A DNA stretch of 62,172 bases, filler included, from Sphacelaria rigidula (lineage: Eukaryota), in assembly GCA_964200075.2 (NCBI GenBank). It is 6 parts of 6 records of this genome, joined end to end, with 100 filler letters (N's around TTAATTAATTAA, not from the genome) between each part and the next. Parts side by side here need not be neighbours in the genome. Positions count along the whole stretch, not along the records: positions 1 to 10,279 come from CAXNAA020006803.1; positions 10,380 to 20,658 come from CAXNAA020006804.1; 4 more parts are not named here. The stretch is one strand, 5' to 3'. How positions within the stretch are numbered: position 1 is the stretch's first letter; the number at the start of each line of letters is the position of its first letter. Position numbers and translations under genes: made by a program. Below, one piece after another: positions 1-11,732 of the stretch. Below the pieces are notes generated by a model. That model ran no database searches, had not been told where the DNA came from, and saw nothing but the letters and a program-made list of their open reading frames with translations.

Positions 1-2125
1 AACAGTTCGCAAGTCGGGTTGCCCACTTGAGCCTCAATTTAGAATTAAACCTCAATTCGCACAATTTGCTGTTTCATCCAGAATACCAGCTCGGGCCAGT
101 ACCTGCCACAGAAGCTCCCGGTCGACCGAGTCATATCCCGTCTGGAGGTCGACGAAGCATATGTACAGCCGTATTCTCCGCCGCCGTCCCAGCTCCCGGA
201 GTCGGCGCACTACGAACAGCATGTCGACAGTGGATCGGTTAGGTCGGAAGCCGCACTGTTTTCTCCAGTAATATCCTATGCGTTTCGTAGTAGTCGCTGA
301 GGCGGTTGGCCACTATCTTCAGGAGCACTTTCCCTGCGTGCGATACCATAGAGATCCCCCTGTAGTTATTGTAGTTGGACTGGTCCGATTTCTCGTACAG
401 CACCCTGATGGTTGCATCTTTCCTCCTTCTGCGGGACCTCCCCTCCTTTCCACACCTCGACACGAATGGTATGGAAGTGTTCGAGGACGATGGGTTCGGC
501 GCGGCCGTCGATCTCGAGTAGCTCCACAGGAAGGGAGTCGTGTCCTGGCGCTCTCCAGTTGTGAATCCCTCGGACTGCTCGTCTGGTTTCCTCCAGCGTT
601 GGTGCTGCCCCAACCGGCACTGAATCCGCGGTGTTTGACGCTGCCGGGAGCTGCTTCACCTCTCCGATGATGACTGGGTTCAGCGTGGGCGGTTTGGCAT
701 TGAGCAGGATGCGGAAGAATCTCGCCCACCGCTTAAGGATGGCAATTTTGTTCCCCATTTGGACGCCGTTCTCGTCATTGATGAACTACTGCCCCGGAAT
801 GCCTTCCACCAAGACCCACCGATCTCTTGAAGAGTTTGTACAGGCTTTTCATATGGCGATCCTTGTACATCGCTTCTAGCCTTGCCACATACCTCTCCAG
901 ATGCGCATGGATGCCGTCATCTATTGCTGTACGGACGTTTTTACACGCGGCTCTGAGTGCTTCCCACGATGCTCGGGTCCAGTGATTCTTCATCAGTTGG
1001 CGTGCCTCCCGTCGTTTGGCGAGCGCTGCCTTCGCTGTTGCTCTCGTGCCGGGGTTTTCACACCATTCCGGCATACGTGGTATCCGTGCCTCTACCGGGA
1101 GTGCTGTCTGCGCTGTTTCGAGGATAGCTTCAGTCAACTGCTTCGCGGCTGCCGGTGCGGTGGTGATTGGCTGGTATTTTTGCTCAGCGAGGTTATGTAG
1201 GAACATCTCGGTCACGTGCCACCTTGCCATTTCGGTCTGCAGCTGCTGTCGACTGAATTGCCGCTGCTTCGACTTGGTGCGTACTTGGCGGTTGTGGGCA
1301 AGGCGGCCGCCGAGGTCGACAGTGGCCATCACCATGTTGTGGTCCGAGTCTGCTTTAGCCGGAGGTGCTAGTTGGGGGTGTACGACTACGTTGCGCACTC
1401 TACCTCGGTGTGCCTGCCAGGTGAGTATGTAGTCTATGCCCTCGAGGTCGCTCGTGCGATTCTCCGCAACACTGTTGTATGTGTGCGAGATTCTGCCTTT
1501 GAGCGTGCTATAGAATGTGTTCGAGATGGCCAGTTTGCTGTCGGTTGCGAAAGTTAGCATACGTTTGCCGTTATCGTTTAGCTCATCACGTCCATAGGCG
1601 CCGAGGACCCCTTCGTCCTCTAAGCCCTCTCCTACTTTGTTCCCCGTCCGCGCTTTGGCATCCACCAATATATCCACACATTCCTTCGACGGGATTCGCT
1701 GTACGAAATCGTCAAGTCCATCCCAGAACGCTTGTATCGTTTCGTTCTTGGCGACTTCAGTTGATGCATACCCAGCTACGAAATTGATCGCTCCGCTCTA
1801 TCCCGATATTTCAAACCGCATTGCCATGAGGCACTCGTCAACGTATTACAAAAGCGGAGATACTCAGTGGTATAGGTGGCGTTATTGCAAACCGACTCTT
1901 TCACGGCTATTCCCACACCGTGTTGCCCACCTGACTCGCTCCCACAGCAGAAGACTCTGAACCCTGCTGCTGTACAGTCTGTTCACCCCGCCCCACGTGT
2001 CTTCTGCAGTACTATCACCGAGATGTTAAGTCTCGCAGCCTCGTACGAGACGCTGTAGTCTCGCCCCCATCCGTTGGGCCCTTTCACAGCTAGAGTTCTG
2101 ACATTGTAAGTGGCTACCTTAACAA
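1..2125 (-). mobile_element. RTE-like non-LTR retrotransposon (LINE), APE endonuclease and start of RT, degenerate, cut by the window edge
   Basis: Across frameshifts and stops the minus strand reads KVATYNVRTL (endonuclease start near 2120), GQHGVGIAV, VDAKARTG, IDYILT, DSDHNMV, then [12 protein letters not shown] and [23 protein letters not shown], the typical RTE pre-RT motifs. The 5' leader may extend to about 2600. Confidence 0.9.
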
Positions 2126-3504
2126 GTTGACACCGCTGTCTCGCCCGGGCTTCTCGTGCTGCTTTCCTGGCAAGCCTCCGCCTCGCTCGGTCCCTCCTCC
2201 TCTTTTTCCTGCTCTTGTTTATCCGTTATATTTTTATCGCGTTTTGGATCCTCTGGCTTTTGCTAGCCCGGTGCTCGTCTTTTATCACAGGCAGGTGCAA
2301 CTCTCCTGCTCTGTCGGACTCTACTCCGTCCTCGCTCCTGGTGTGCGTACCCACGCGATGTGCAGCCCCTTTATCCCTGTCAAGGCTGTTCCCACTGTGC
2401 TCTCCGCTGCTGCATAGCCCCGGTGTGCAGATCGGTGCTTTAGCGTTTAGCTGCATGCCGCCGTTGAGTTGCTCCGAAACGAAGCACACGCCCCTCTCGT
2501 GATCGTGGTGCCTCTATTCTTCCTAACTTAGTCTCCCCGTCGATACTAGGCCCGGGCTCATGTCTCCACCGTCGTTGGATGATCTTTGGATGGTGGTCTA
2601 AGATCACAGGCGGACTTCTGCCCACCCCAGTATGGGCAGTCGGGGGAAGCGGGTGGTATCTGAAACTTTTAGTGCGATATGAATAATACTGTGCCTCACG
2701 ACCCCTGTATCTCCTATCGCTCCAAACTCAGAGTCCACGTCGGCACGATGCTCGGGCTCGTGTTCTGCCTTTCCCTGCTCCGCCTTCGTTAGTTTGGTGG
2801 TCTTTGTTCGTGATCTGAAATCACTAGCGGTCCTCGGCCCACCCCAGCAGGGGGTAGGCCAGGAGACTCTGTGCAGCATATTATCAACAATGAACGGTAT
2901 ACGGGGTGACGAAACCTTATAAAGCGTACTGTGTGGCGCAAAACAAAATACACTACAGCCAAATCCCCGCGAGAAACCCTGTGAAGCGTACTGTGCGGCG
3001 CAAAAAAACACCCTACAGCCAAATTCCCGCGAGAAACACTGTACAGTTTCCCTGAACCCTGTAGACATGCCCCACAGGGTGCTATCTGCCCACGTGTGCC
3101 GGCTGGGATTCGTCCGCGAAGAACCGAACCCACGCCAGATATAAAGGGGCATGTTGATGTATCCGTCACCAACGGATCCAAACATCCTCACCCCTGACTG
3201 CGGCACTTGTCAGTTCCCGCAGCCAGCTCTCCGGGTCATTTATCGGTCAGATGTACCGGCCCATCATCGTACTGCCCTACCACCACTACGCCGCATCACA
3301 TGTGGACAGATAGCACCCTGTGGGGCATGTCTACAGGGTTCAGGGAAACTGTGCGATGTTTCTCGCGGGGATTTGACTGTAGGGTGTTTTTTTGCGCCAC
3401 ACAGTACGCTTCACAGGGTTTCAGGGAAACTGTGCAGTGTTTCATACGTCGGACGAGCACGAGTGTGACTCGTGGCACTCGCACTCGTTGGGCTGCTCGT
3501 TGGC

Positions 3505-3818
3505 CGTATCAACTAATAGAGCGAGCACTCGAGTCATTGCTCGTTGTGAAAAACGTTAATAGGGCGAGCACTTGAGTCATTGCTCTTCGGGAGGAAAAAT
3601 AATGGGGTGATCACTCGAGTCATTGCTGGTTAGGGAAACAAACTAATAGGGCGACCACTCGAGTCATTGCTCGTTGTGGAAACAAACTAACAGGGTGAGC
3701 ACTCGAGTCATTGCTCGTTGTAAAAAAAGCAATAGGGCGAGCACTCGAGTCATTGCTCGTTGTAAAAAAATGTAATAGGGCGAGCACTCGAGTCATTGCT
3801 CGTCGTGGAAAACGTTAA
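3505..3818 (+). repeat. Minisatellite, ~41-44 bp unit (AATAGGGCGAGCACTCGAGTCATTGCTCGTTGT...); the array resumes at about 4876-5160
   Basis: Directly repeated units are visible, each containing GAGCA...TGCTC around a CTCGAG palindrome. Confidence 0.9.
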
Positions 3819-4871
3819 CCCCTTTGGGACCGGGCTCCCAGAAACGACCAATGAGGCTGGTTTGGAATGACGTGTCTGACGTCTGCACGGAACAGTAGCA
3901 TGTTGCTGAAAATCTACCTATGTAACCGCAGGGCTATGAGAAAAACCGAAGGTTTCATCCAATATTTTTCCAGGTGCAGGGTGCGCATTAGGTAATGTGC
4001 ATCTGATGCAGCAAGCAGTATGGGTCGCTGTAGACAACTTTCAACACGATGCAGCGACCGGCGGGCCGCCCGCCACTTGTGGCTTTGGATGATCATAATG
4101 TCCGCATCACCTTGCCACACAGCCCTTTGTGGTCAGGGTGGGCCGCTATCCCCATCTTTGTTACATGCAGCAAATTCTCTTCAAAGGATATGGGCGTTGC
4201 GGCGCGCATACATACAGTACAGTAAAGTACAGTACAGTACAGTACAGTAAGTGCAGTACGCCTCTCCGACTGCAGCAGCAGCTGCCGCTGCATTCTCCCT
4301 TGCACGTTCTGGGCAGTTCTCAGCGACGGAGATCAGCTGCCTATACACAGCTTGTTCATCCCCGCACACTACACATATACAGTGTTCTACAAGTCATCGG
4401 CAAAGGGATAATAAGTAGAATTCATGACGGTATTTCCTTTTGTCTTTCCACGGTCCACCTATTCAGTGCCTCCTGAAAATGACCACATTGTGGCATGTAC
4501 ACTCCTTCCCGCTTTTTCCACTCCACTATGTGTTAGTGTAATTACTACGCTTTGGTATAGATTGGCGACCCGAAAAAACTCCTGGGAAAACCCGGGAACG
4601 CTATACTGAATGCAACTAATATGATGAGCCATGCTCCGGGCACCCTGGCTTTAGAAACCTGGGAAGGCTTATCTGGGCCAGGGATAGGGCTCCCACACTC
4701 TCTTTGAAGTGCAATCACACTCCGCAACAGTCCCCGCGCTGGTCGTTCGGGTCTGGTCAATAAATTTTGCCTCGCCGTGATTGAGCGGGTTGCTCCCTGG
4801 CTTATTTTTTACTATTTCACGAAGACGCGGTCAACCTCGTGTTAGTGGGGGGCCAGTCCCATGCAAAAGGA
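3819..4871. mobile_element. piggyBac-like non-autonomous element inserted at TTAA
   Basis: Left end is TTAA|CCCCTTTGGGACC (TTAA at 3815-3818). Right end is a decayed GTCCCATGCAAAAGGA|TTAC. The last ~210 bp match 15810-16001, which ends cleanly GGTCCCAAAAGGG|TTAA. Confidence 0.7.
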
Positions 4872-5749
4872 TTACTTGGGCGAGTACTCGAGTCATTGCT
4901 CGTTAGGGAAAACATTAATAGGGCGAGCACTCGAGTCATTCCTCGTTCGGGAAACAAACTAACAGGGTGAGCACTCGAGCTGTGGAAACAAACTAATAGG
5001 GCGAGCACTCGCACTCTTTGAGCTGCTCGTTGGCCGTAAACATTATTAGGGCGAGCACTCGAGTCATTGCTCGTTGTGGAAAAAAATAATAGGGCGAGCA
5101 CTAGCGTCATTGCTCGTATAAAAAAAAGTAATGACTCGAGCACACGAGTCATGCTCGTTGTGTTTTCAAAAAAATCTACGAGTGCCCTCGTTTCGACGAG
5201 GAATGTCTCGTTCGACGTGTGCAGTGTATCTCGCGAGGATTTGACTGTAGGGTATTTTTTTGCGCCACACAGTACGCTTCACAGATTTTCGTCCCCCCGT
5301 ATACAGTTCACTGTTGTTAATATGCTGTATAGTGTTTGTAACGCATATACGATATGCTCCACCTTACAGCACGGGCGTGGTACTGGCAGAAAAAAACTGT
5401 CGCAAAGGACAGTGGTGGGTGTATTGAAGTCGCGCTTTCGTGGTCGTGACTACACCGAGCTGTCCTTTGAACCTCTCACGATTTGGTGTTCATACGTCGC
5501 ATATTTTTGTGCTTCTAATAAATATCAAGCAAAAACCTCCATAAACGCAAGCATGATTGATTGAGTGGTTTTTTTTTTTAAACATTTCGCTTGTTTTGGT
5601 AGACAGTGGACAACTCGGTTTTCATGAGTTATGTGCATAGATATACAGGGTATACACCGGCCATGCAGCATCTTCACCACGCCTGCAGCGGAAGCGTCGC
5701 TTCGAAGCACAGGCGTGTGGACATACACTCGTAAGCAGTGCGTGGGATT

Positions 5750-6008
5750 TGTGACGAAATCACGCTGTCACGTTAAGTATATAGTGATGATATGGATGAC
5801 GACTTGGGATCTGTAGTGATAGTATGGATAATGACATGGACACAGGGGTGATGCCCTGATGTGGGATATGGAGCGTATGTGCCTGGGTGGCACTCCAGGA
5901 TAATAAAAGGTGTTGTGGAGGCTAACAACTGACACCTGAGGCCAGTGGAACTGGGCAGTCCCTCAACAGCATCAGACGCTGCAGTACCAGCAACTTGTTG
6001 GCGTCACA
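5750..6008 (+). mobile_element. Probable 5' LTR of the downstream Gypsy element
   Basis: Perfect 7-bp inverted termini TGTGACG (5750) and CGTCACA (6002-6008), an internal AATAAA near 5902, and a position just upstream of gag. The 3' LTR is not in the contig, so it cannot be confirmed. Confidence 0.5.
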
Positions 6009-6353
6009 ATATCAATATTAGTGCTAGTCGTGCTAGTTGTGCTATCGTTAGTGACTGCTGGAAAAATTTCAGTAGAGAGGAGTCTGGATAGCTTCAGACA
6101 TATTGCTTCACGGACGCGTGAGGAGGGTTCAAGCTGACGTAGCTGCAAAGGCGGCTGGCCCGTGATTGATTCAGACTAGAGACTTGCTGGAGCTGCGCGC
6201 AGCGGGAGTTTATAGAACCCCACGGCTGTGTGGTGTGGCGACGAAGGCAGGTGTGAATTGTGGAGTCCGAGAAGGTTGAGAGGCCTTCGATTAGGTCCGC
6301 TCGGAAGTGTCGACCACAGAGGTACCGACCGAAGAGCCAGCGGAGACGACCGT

Positions 6354-7358
6354 AATGCCAGCTGTTCTGAGAGAAGAGTTGCGGCCTCCCAGTTACGGTA
6401 ATTTGTATTCTGAGTGTGCTTCTCGTTCGTTTTATACGAAATATGTGGGATACAAGAAGTGGGTGGAGAATGCAAATGCGGGGGGTGCGGTAAGGCATCA
6501 GGTGGTATCCATAGCGCAACTCGTACCTACCCCCTCCAACGCGTTTTTGCGAGAAGATTCCACGAGAAGAAAACAATAATGCCGCTGCAATTGGCTGTAG
6601 CGATCAAGAAGCATGCAGGGCATGCGGCGGGCGCTGAGGTATAGCTAGCCCAGGCGTCCGCGGCCGTGACGAAGGCTGTCGCTATTACCCACAAGGGGAA
6701 GACCATGCGTGAGAGGGTGGAGCCAATCATGGGAAAGTTGGAGACATTTTTTTCGGAATATCCCAACGTAGAGATGGTTCATCGTTCCTCCGATGAGAAA
6801 TTCCGTCTAGGGCCCGCTGCGGTGATCACGAAAGCGATGGTGGAGGGTCTGGCACCGGCGGAATTCAAACAGGCCGTGCTTGTGCAATTACAGCACGAAA
6901 CCAATTGGAAGTCAGATCCATACTTAGTCATGGATACCGTGGTGTCTGAGGCTCAGGCATGGCGGAAGATTGAAATATTCGGGAAATCATCCACTTCGTC
7001 GCCGCAGTCTTCGAGCTCGCGTAACCGCGGATCAAAATCTGCAGGCAGTGCCGCCGCCAACATCACTTGCTTTCAGTGTGGTCAGGTAGGCCACTACGGA
7101 CGCAAGTGCCCAACGCCTTCCGAGGGGGAGTCTGGGCAGACATGTGCCGCGCGCCCTCGCAGTCACAAAGGAGGAAAAAGTAATCGGGGTGGTGGCGGAG
7201 GCGGGTCCTCCAGCGTTGGAGGTGTGCAGGTTTCCAGCAGTAGCAGTAGCAGCAGCAGCAGGGGCAGCGGCGTCAGCAGGGGTCCGGTTCTGGGTTCGGC
7301 TCAGCCGCAGGGGCTGCTTCTCCGCAACGGGCGGTGCTGCTGGGACCGACCACTCTAG
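6354..7358 (+). pseudogene. gag: Gypsy gag (frameshifted, with stop) with CCHC zinc knuckle
   Basis: CFQCGQVGHYGRKC (CX2CX4HX4C) near 7068-7109. Gag-like sequence starts at the ATG at 6354 and is broken near 6579 and 6644. Confidence 0.8.
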
Positions 7359-10215
7359 TATCGTACTCGGTACCGGCGCCGCCGGCAGCAGAGCAAGGCG
7401 AGACGCCTGCTGCTGAGCCGGCCGGATTTCAGCTGAAATTTGGATCCGTTGCTGCGTCGGCCGGAGTACCGCTGCAGTTTGGTTCTGCGGACGGGGCTTC
7501 GTACCCGCCGGCGGTGCCGTTTACCCCAGCGGGGGCGTCTATGCCTGCGCCGCACGCGCAGCCGTGGCGCCAAGTGGGGATCACGACAAATCAGTCGGCG
7601 GAGCAGGTGCCGGTCGAGTATCAAGAAAAATATATTTCTGCAGAGTTATATCTCCCGAATCAACGGGCGCGGGGAGCCATATCGGTCAACGCTGTGTTCG
7701 ATTCAGGCGCCCATTTCACGAGCGTATCGGTGCTGGTTGTGGAGATATTGGAGCGTCTACTCCCTGGTGAGCAAATCCGCATTCCGTTTTCGCTCGGGGC
7801 GCGGCGGGCCATCACCGTATCGGGGCAACGTGTAAATGTCACGGAGCGTACGATTCCCCTACAGTTGGCGTTCAGGACGACCTGGGGGCCAGCGAAATTA
7901 CCCCCGGTGTCGTTTGCGATCATGCCGGGGACGGATGGTGTCATTCTGTTGGGCTTACCGACGCTTCGGGAACTCGGAGTCGACCCGTGTGATCGGCTGC
8001 TAGAGTCCCTAAAAACGCAAATGGCGTCGCCCCGTTCGAGTGTCGAGACGCCTGCTTTTTTGGCCAGTCGCAGAGTGAGCTTGTCGGTTGATTCTCTCCA
8101 GGAGGCGGGGGGGGGCAGGTGTCCGAGGAGCATGATGAGGCGGTGGGACGCGTAGTGGAACGCGGCCGCGGTATGTTTATGGAGCCAGCAGAAGAGGAGT
8201 CCGTGCGAATGGCTGCGTTCGAGGAAAGCGTGACGGATGCTGCGGCAAAATGACCTCAACGTCTCAAAAGCGGAGCGCTTGCGTGACATATTGTATCGCC
8301 ACGTTAACGCGTTTCGTCGAGCGCTGATGGGTGATCCCCCCGCGCGCGTGAAACCCATGAGAGTTACACTGAAGCCAGGGGCGGCCGCGGTGAAGGCAAA
8401 ACCGAGGAGGTATGATCCGGTGAAGTCCAGTTGGTTGGCTTCTTGCATGGGAGCTCTTGTGGCGTTTGTGTTGGTATTCAGGAATCTACAGGCGGTGTGG
8501 TCCAGTCCAGCGATGGCGGTGCCGAAGAAGGACTCTTTCCGTCTTGTCAGCGATAACGGAGCCGTCAATGATCAAGTGGAGAAGTCGCCGGGTATCATGC
8601 CCAATCAGGAATCTGACATGATAGACCTGTTGAGCGCGCGATGCTTCGGTAAGTTGGACCTCCTACCGGGGTACTGGCAGATGCCGTTGGCCGAAGAGGC
8701 GCAAGAGATATTCACCATCACGACTCCGTTTGGCATGTTTACCCCGCAACGAGCACTGCAAGGCGTGTTGAATGCTACTTCCTATTTTCAAGGTGTCATG
8801 GTAAACCTTTTAGATGGCTTGAAATGCAAGATCTGGATGGATGATGTCTTTTTCTTCGCGGATACGGAAGACGAACTGCTGGATACGCTTGATGAAATCT
8901 TGGCTCGCTTAGAGAATGTTGTTCTGCTTGCAGCTGCCCACAAGTGTACTTTTTTTGCTAGTGAATTAGTGTGGTGTGGGAGCGTATATTCACACGGCCG
9001 GGTCTCGCATGACCCGGTCCGCTTGCAAGGTTTGTCTGACATGAGGCGCCCAGAAACAGCAGCAGAACTAATGCAATTCCTGCACGCAATGAACTGGTTG
9101 CATACCTCGCTGCCACGTATGGCCGAAGTAGTGGCGCCCTTGCGCGTTTTCCTAGAAGAATTCATGGTGGGGGCTGAAAGGCGCACGAAGCGGGCGGTAA
9201 AAAACCGCGTTATTCCGCCCGCATCGTGGACGGATGACAGGCTGCAGGCATGGGCAGAAGCAAAGGATCTGGTAGCTCATGCCGTGACGCTGTTCCATCC
9301 CCGCCCCGGTTGCCAAGTGCTGATGTTTCCGGATACATCCGAGTATCATTGGGGTAGTTTTATACCGCAGGTGCCTGATGTAGAAATGCAACAACGGTTG
9401 CCGGTTTAAGACATGTCGCACGAACCGCTGGCTTTTCTTAGTGGTAATTTCAAGGGTTCACAGATGCGTTAGGCAACCATTGACAAGGAAGGTTTTGCTA
9501 TCGTGAGCACGTTAGGTCGTCTCGAGCATCTATCGTGGAATGGCGTGCACATTTTCACGGATCACCTCAATCTAGTGTACATTTTCAACCCGGAGGCATG
9601 CGTGACGTCTGTGTCGAGGGCGTTGGCACAGCGATTGGAGGGGTGGAAAGTTGTATCAGGCCAGTATCGGTACACGATTTGTCATATTTCGGGTGAACAT
9701 ACCGCGTGGGGTGACTTGCTGTCGCGCTGGGTCAATATTCTCACTATGCCCGCGCGAGCTGTGACTGTATCTGGTCCGGGTAAAGCAGATGATTCGATGC
9801 CGTCGATATCTGTTGTCCGCCAAGCTCAACAGAAAGAACTTGGGGCCACTGATGCGGATGTGCAATCCTTCGAGTCGGATGTTGGCACTGCGGTTTTGGA
9901 CAATGAAGGTTTGTTTCGTGTGCATGTACGTGGCCGAAACGTGTTGTGGATTCCCAGCTCCGACAAACAATTGCACATGCGTTTGATGATTTGTGCGCAC
10001 ATGCGCGACGTCGGGCATCGCGGTGTGGCTGCGACGCTCGTGCGCTTGCAAGAGTTTTCTGTTTGGCAGGGAATGGAAACTCAGATGCGCGAGTTTGTCT
10101 GACAGTGTCTTCACTGTGCTGATTCTAGGGCGGGTGATGTTGTTCCCCGCCCGCTCGGTGAAACAGTCCATGGGACCACGCCGAACGAAGTCGTTAATTT
10201 TGACTCCTTGTACTC
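7334..10215 (+). pseudogene. pol: Gypsy pol: protease-RT-RNase H-integrase, degenerate and 3'-truncated
   Basis: AVFDSGAHFT (aspartic protease); WSSPAMAVPKK, KLDLLPGYWQ, IWMDDVFF (RT); MFPDTSEYHWG, IFTDHLNL, WGDLLSRW (RNase H); HMRDVGHRG...CLHC (integrase HHCC). Stops at about 9409, 9472 and 10102. Confidence 0.92.
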
Positions 10216-10279
10216 CTCCGTTCCCCGTCCTCCGACGAAGGCCATGACCGGTCTTGTCGGTACGGCGTGGGGAGGGTCT

Positions 10280-10379
10280 NNNNNNNNNNNNNNNNNNNNN
10301 NNNNNNNNNNNNNNNNNNNNNNNTTAATTAATTAANNNNNNNNNNNNNNNNNNNNNNNNNNNNNNNNNNNNNNNNNNNN
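10280..10379. other. Assembly linker (N-TTAATTAATTAA-N, 100 nt); identical linkers at 20659-20758, 31038-31137, 41417-41516 and 51795-51894
   Basis: Read directly from the sequence. The 12-mer puts stops in all six frames. Confidence 0.99.
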
Positions 10380-11467
10380 CGTAGGTACGCGCAAGACTGG
10401 AGAACTGTTTTTTTTTTTTCCTGAATTCGGTGCATGCAGGAGTGGAGTGCACTGAACCCTTTCAACTGATACGAATGAAGAAGCGTATGTGGTTGGCGCA
10501 GAAGATGGCCTAAGCCGTGTTGCCTCGCAGGCTAACGCGGCCACTATTCGCGCATCTGATCATTCACATATCCCACCACCTGGGCCAGCCTAGACACGGG
10601 TTCAAGCTCTCGAAGCAATATCTCGTCGACACAGACGAGTCGGGCCATGATCCGCATATTGTATTAATCGTATACCCATGGGGAAGGTACCCATCTGCTC
10701 AGAAGGTTGGGCCCATGTTTTCTCGTCGATTAAACCCCATGTCTGGTAATTCCTATACCTAACGGAGATAGCGTCCATACTACAAGAAAATCTCTATGAA
10801 ACCCCCGATCGATGCATTTAGCGGATGGCGACGAATTGTGGTGTGGATATTCCCTGAAGCACGGGGAGACGATAGGTACCCTCACCTTCACCTTATTCAT
10901 AATCCATCTCGAGATATGGGGCACATGAATTTCCATGAGAAAATCAGTATATTACGAGCAGATGCACTAGATGAACTAAAACCGGATATCGCGTCTCGGT
11001 TTCTGAGAGTTATGCAACGAAATTCCGTATGGAGAACCGCTAGTGCATAATAAAGCTTAGAAACACAGCTCTTTCACTATTATTTTTTTCGGGTTTACGG
11101 GGCAGTTTTGAGGAGAAATAAACACTGCTGTTTGACCTTATCTCAATTTTTCCGCTCAAGTTAAGAATTGTGATTTGAAACTCAGGATAAAGAACCACAG
11201 AGGTACACTAAATGAAATAAAAAATGAACCCTCAGTTTTTTTTGGGGGGGGGGGGAGAGGTTCGGGTGCTCTCGTGAAAAAATGGCGGTTTTCATACTAG
11301 AACGCCCCATACCAGAGAGGAAATTAAAATATTAAACCTGATCCACTTCGTTTCGTCAATTATGCCCTAGCGACGGTCCACACAAAGTTTCAATACACAA
11401 ACACCAAACGTGGGCCGGTAAGTGGCCTGCAAAATACTGCTCCCAATTTCTTCTGACCCCATCACTA

Positions 11468-11732
11468 AACGGCCCATTGTACGGCCAATGTCGAGAGTTG
11501 GACCCTGAAATTTGGTATGGGCAATGAAAAGGGCATATTAAAAGCAATTACCACTGCACACAAGTTTTTTTTTGATGAGTTAAGGGCAGTCACCAGTTTT
11601 CAGGTATCAGTAAAACGCCCGTAAGTCCTGAAAAAAAACTTGTGTACACTGGTAATTGTTTTTATCATGCCCTACTTATTGTTCATACCAAATTTCAGGG
11701 TCCAACTCTGGATATTCGCCGTACAACGGGCC
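11468..11732. repeat. Imperfect palindrome (foldback/MITE core)
   Basis: GGCCCATTGTACGGC..GAGTTGGACCCTGAAATTTGGTATG..ACAAGTTTTTTT is mirrored by AAAAAAACTTGT..CATACCAAATTTCAGGGTCCAACTC..GCCGTACAACGGGCC. Confidence 0.8.

Larger units (their letters stand above)
3443..5221. mobile_element. hAT-like non-autonomous element containing ~41-bp tandem repeats
   Basis: Termini CATACGTCGGACGAG and CTCGTTCGACGTGTG are imperfect inverted repeats. Flanks CAGTGTTT (3435-3442) and CAGTGTAT (5222-5229) form an 8-bp TSD with one mismatch. Confidence 0.65.
2867..5333. mobile_element. Foldback/MITE-like element with long inverted arms, interrupted by nested insertions
   Basis: About 2975-3095 is the reverse complement of about 3298-3421, and about 2870-2975 is the reverse complement of about 5222-5333. 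Confidence 0.75.

Noticed and set aside
3505..5160. CRISPR-like array of partly palindromic repeats
   Set aside because: The units are directly tandem with only short A-rich variation and no unique spacers. There are no cas genes and the context is a eukaryotic TE.
10324..10335. TTAATTAATTAA as a biological or piggyBac target motif
   Set aside because: It is embedded in Ns and repeated identically five times, so it is an assembly linker.
10380..11050. Possible decayed transposase or other coding remnant
   Set aside because: Only short ORFs in scattered frames, with no recognisable motif.
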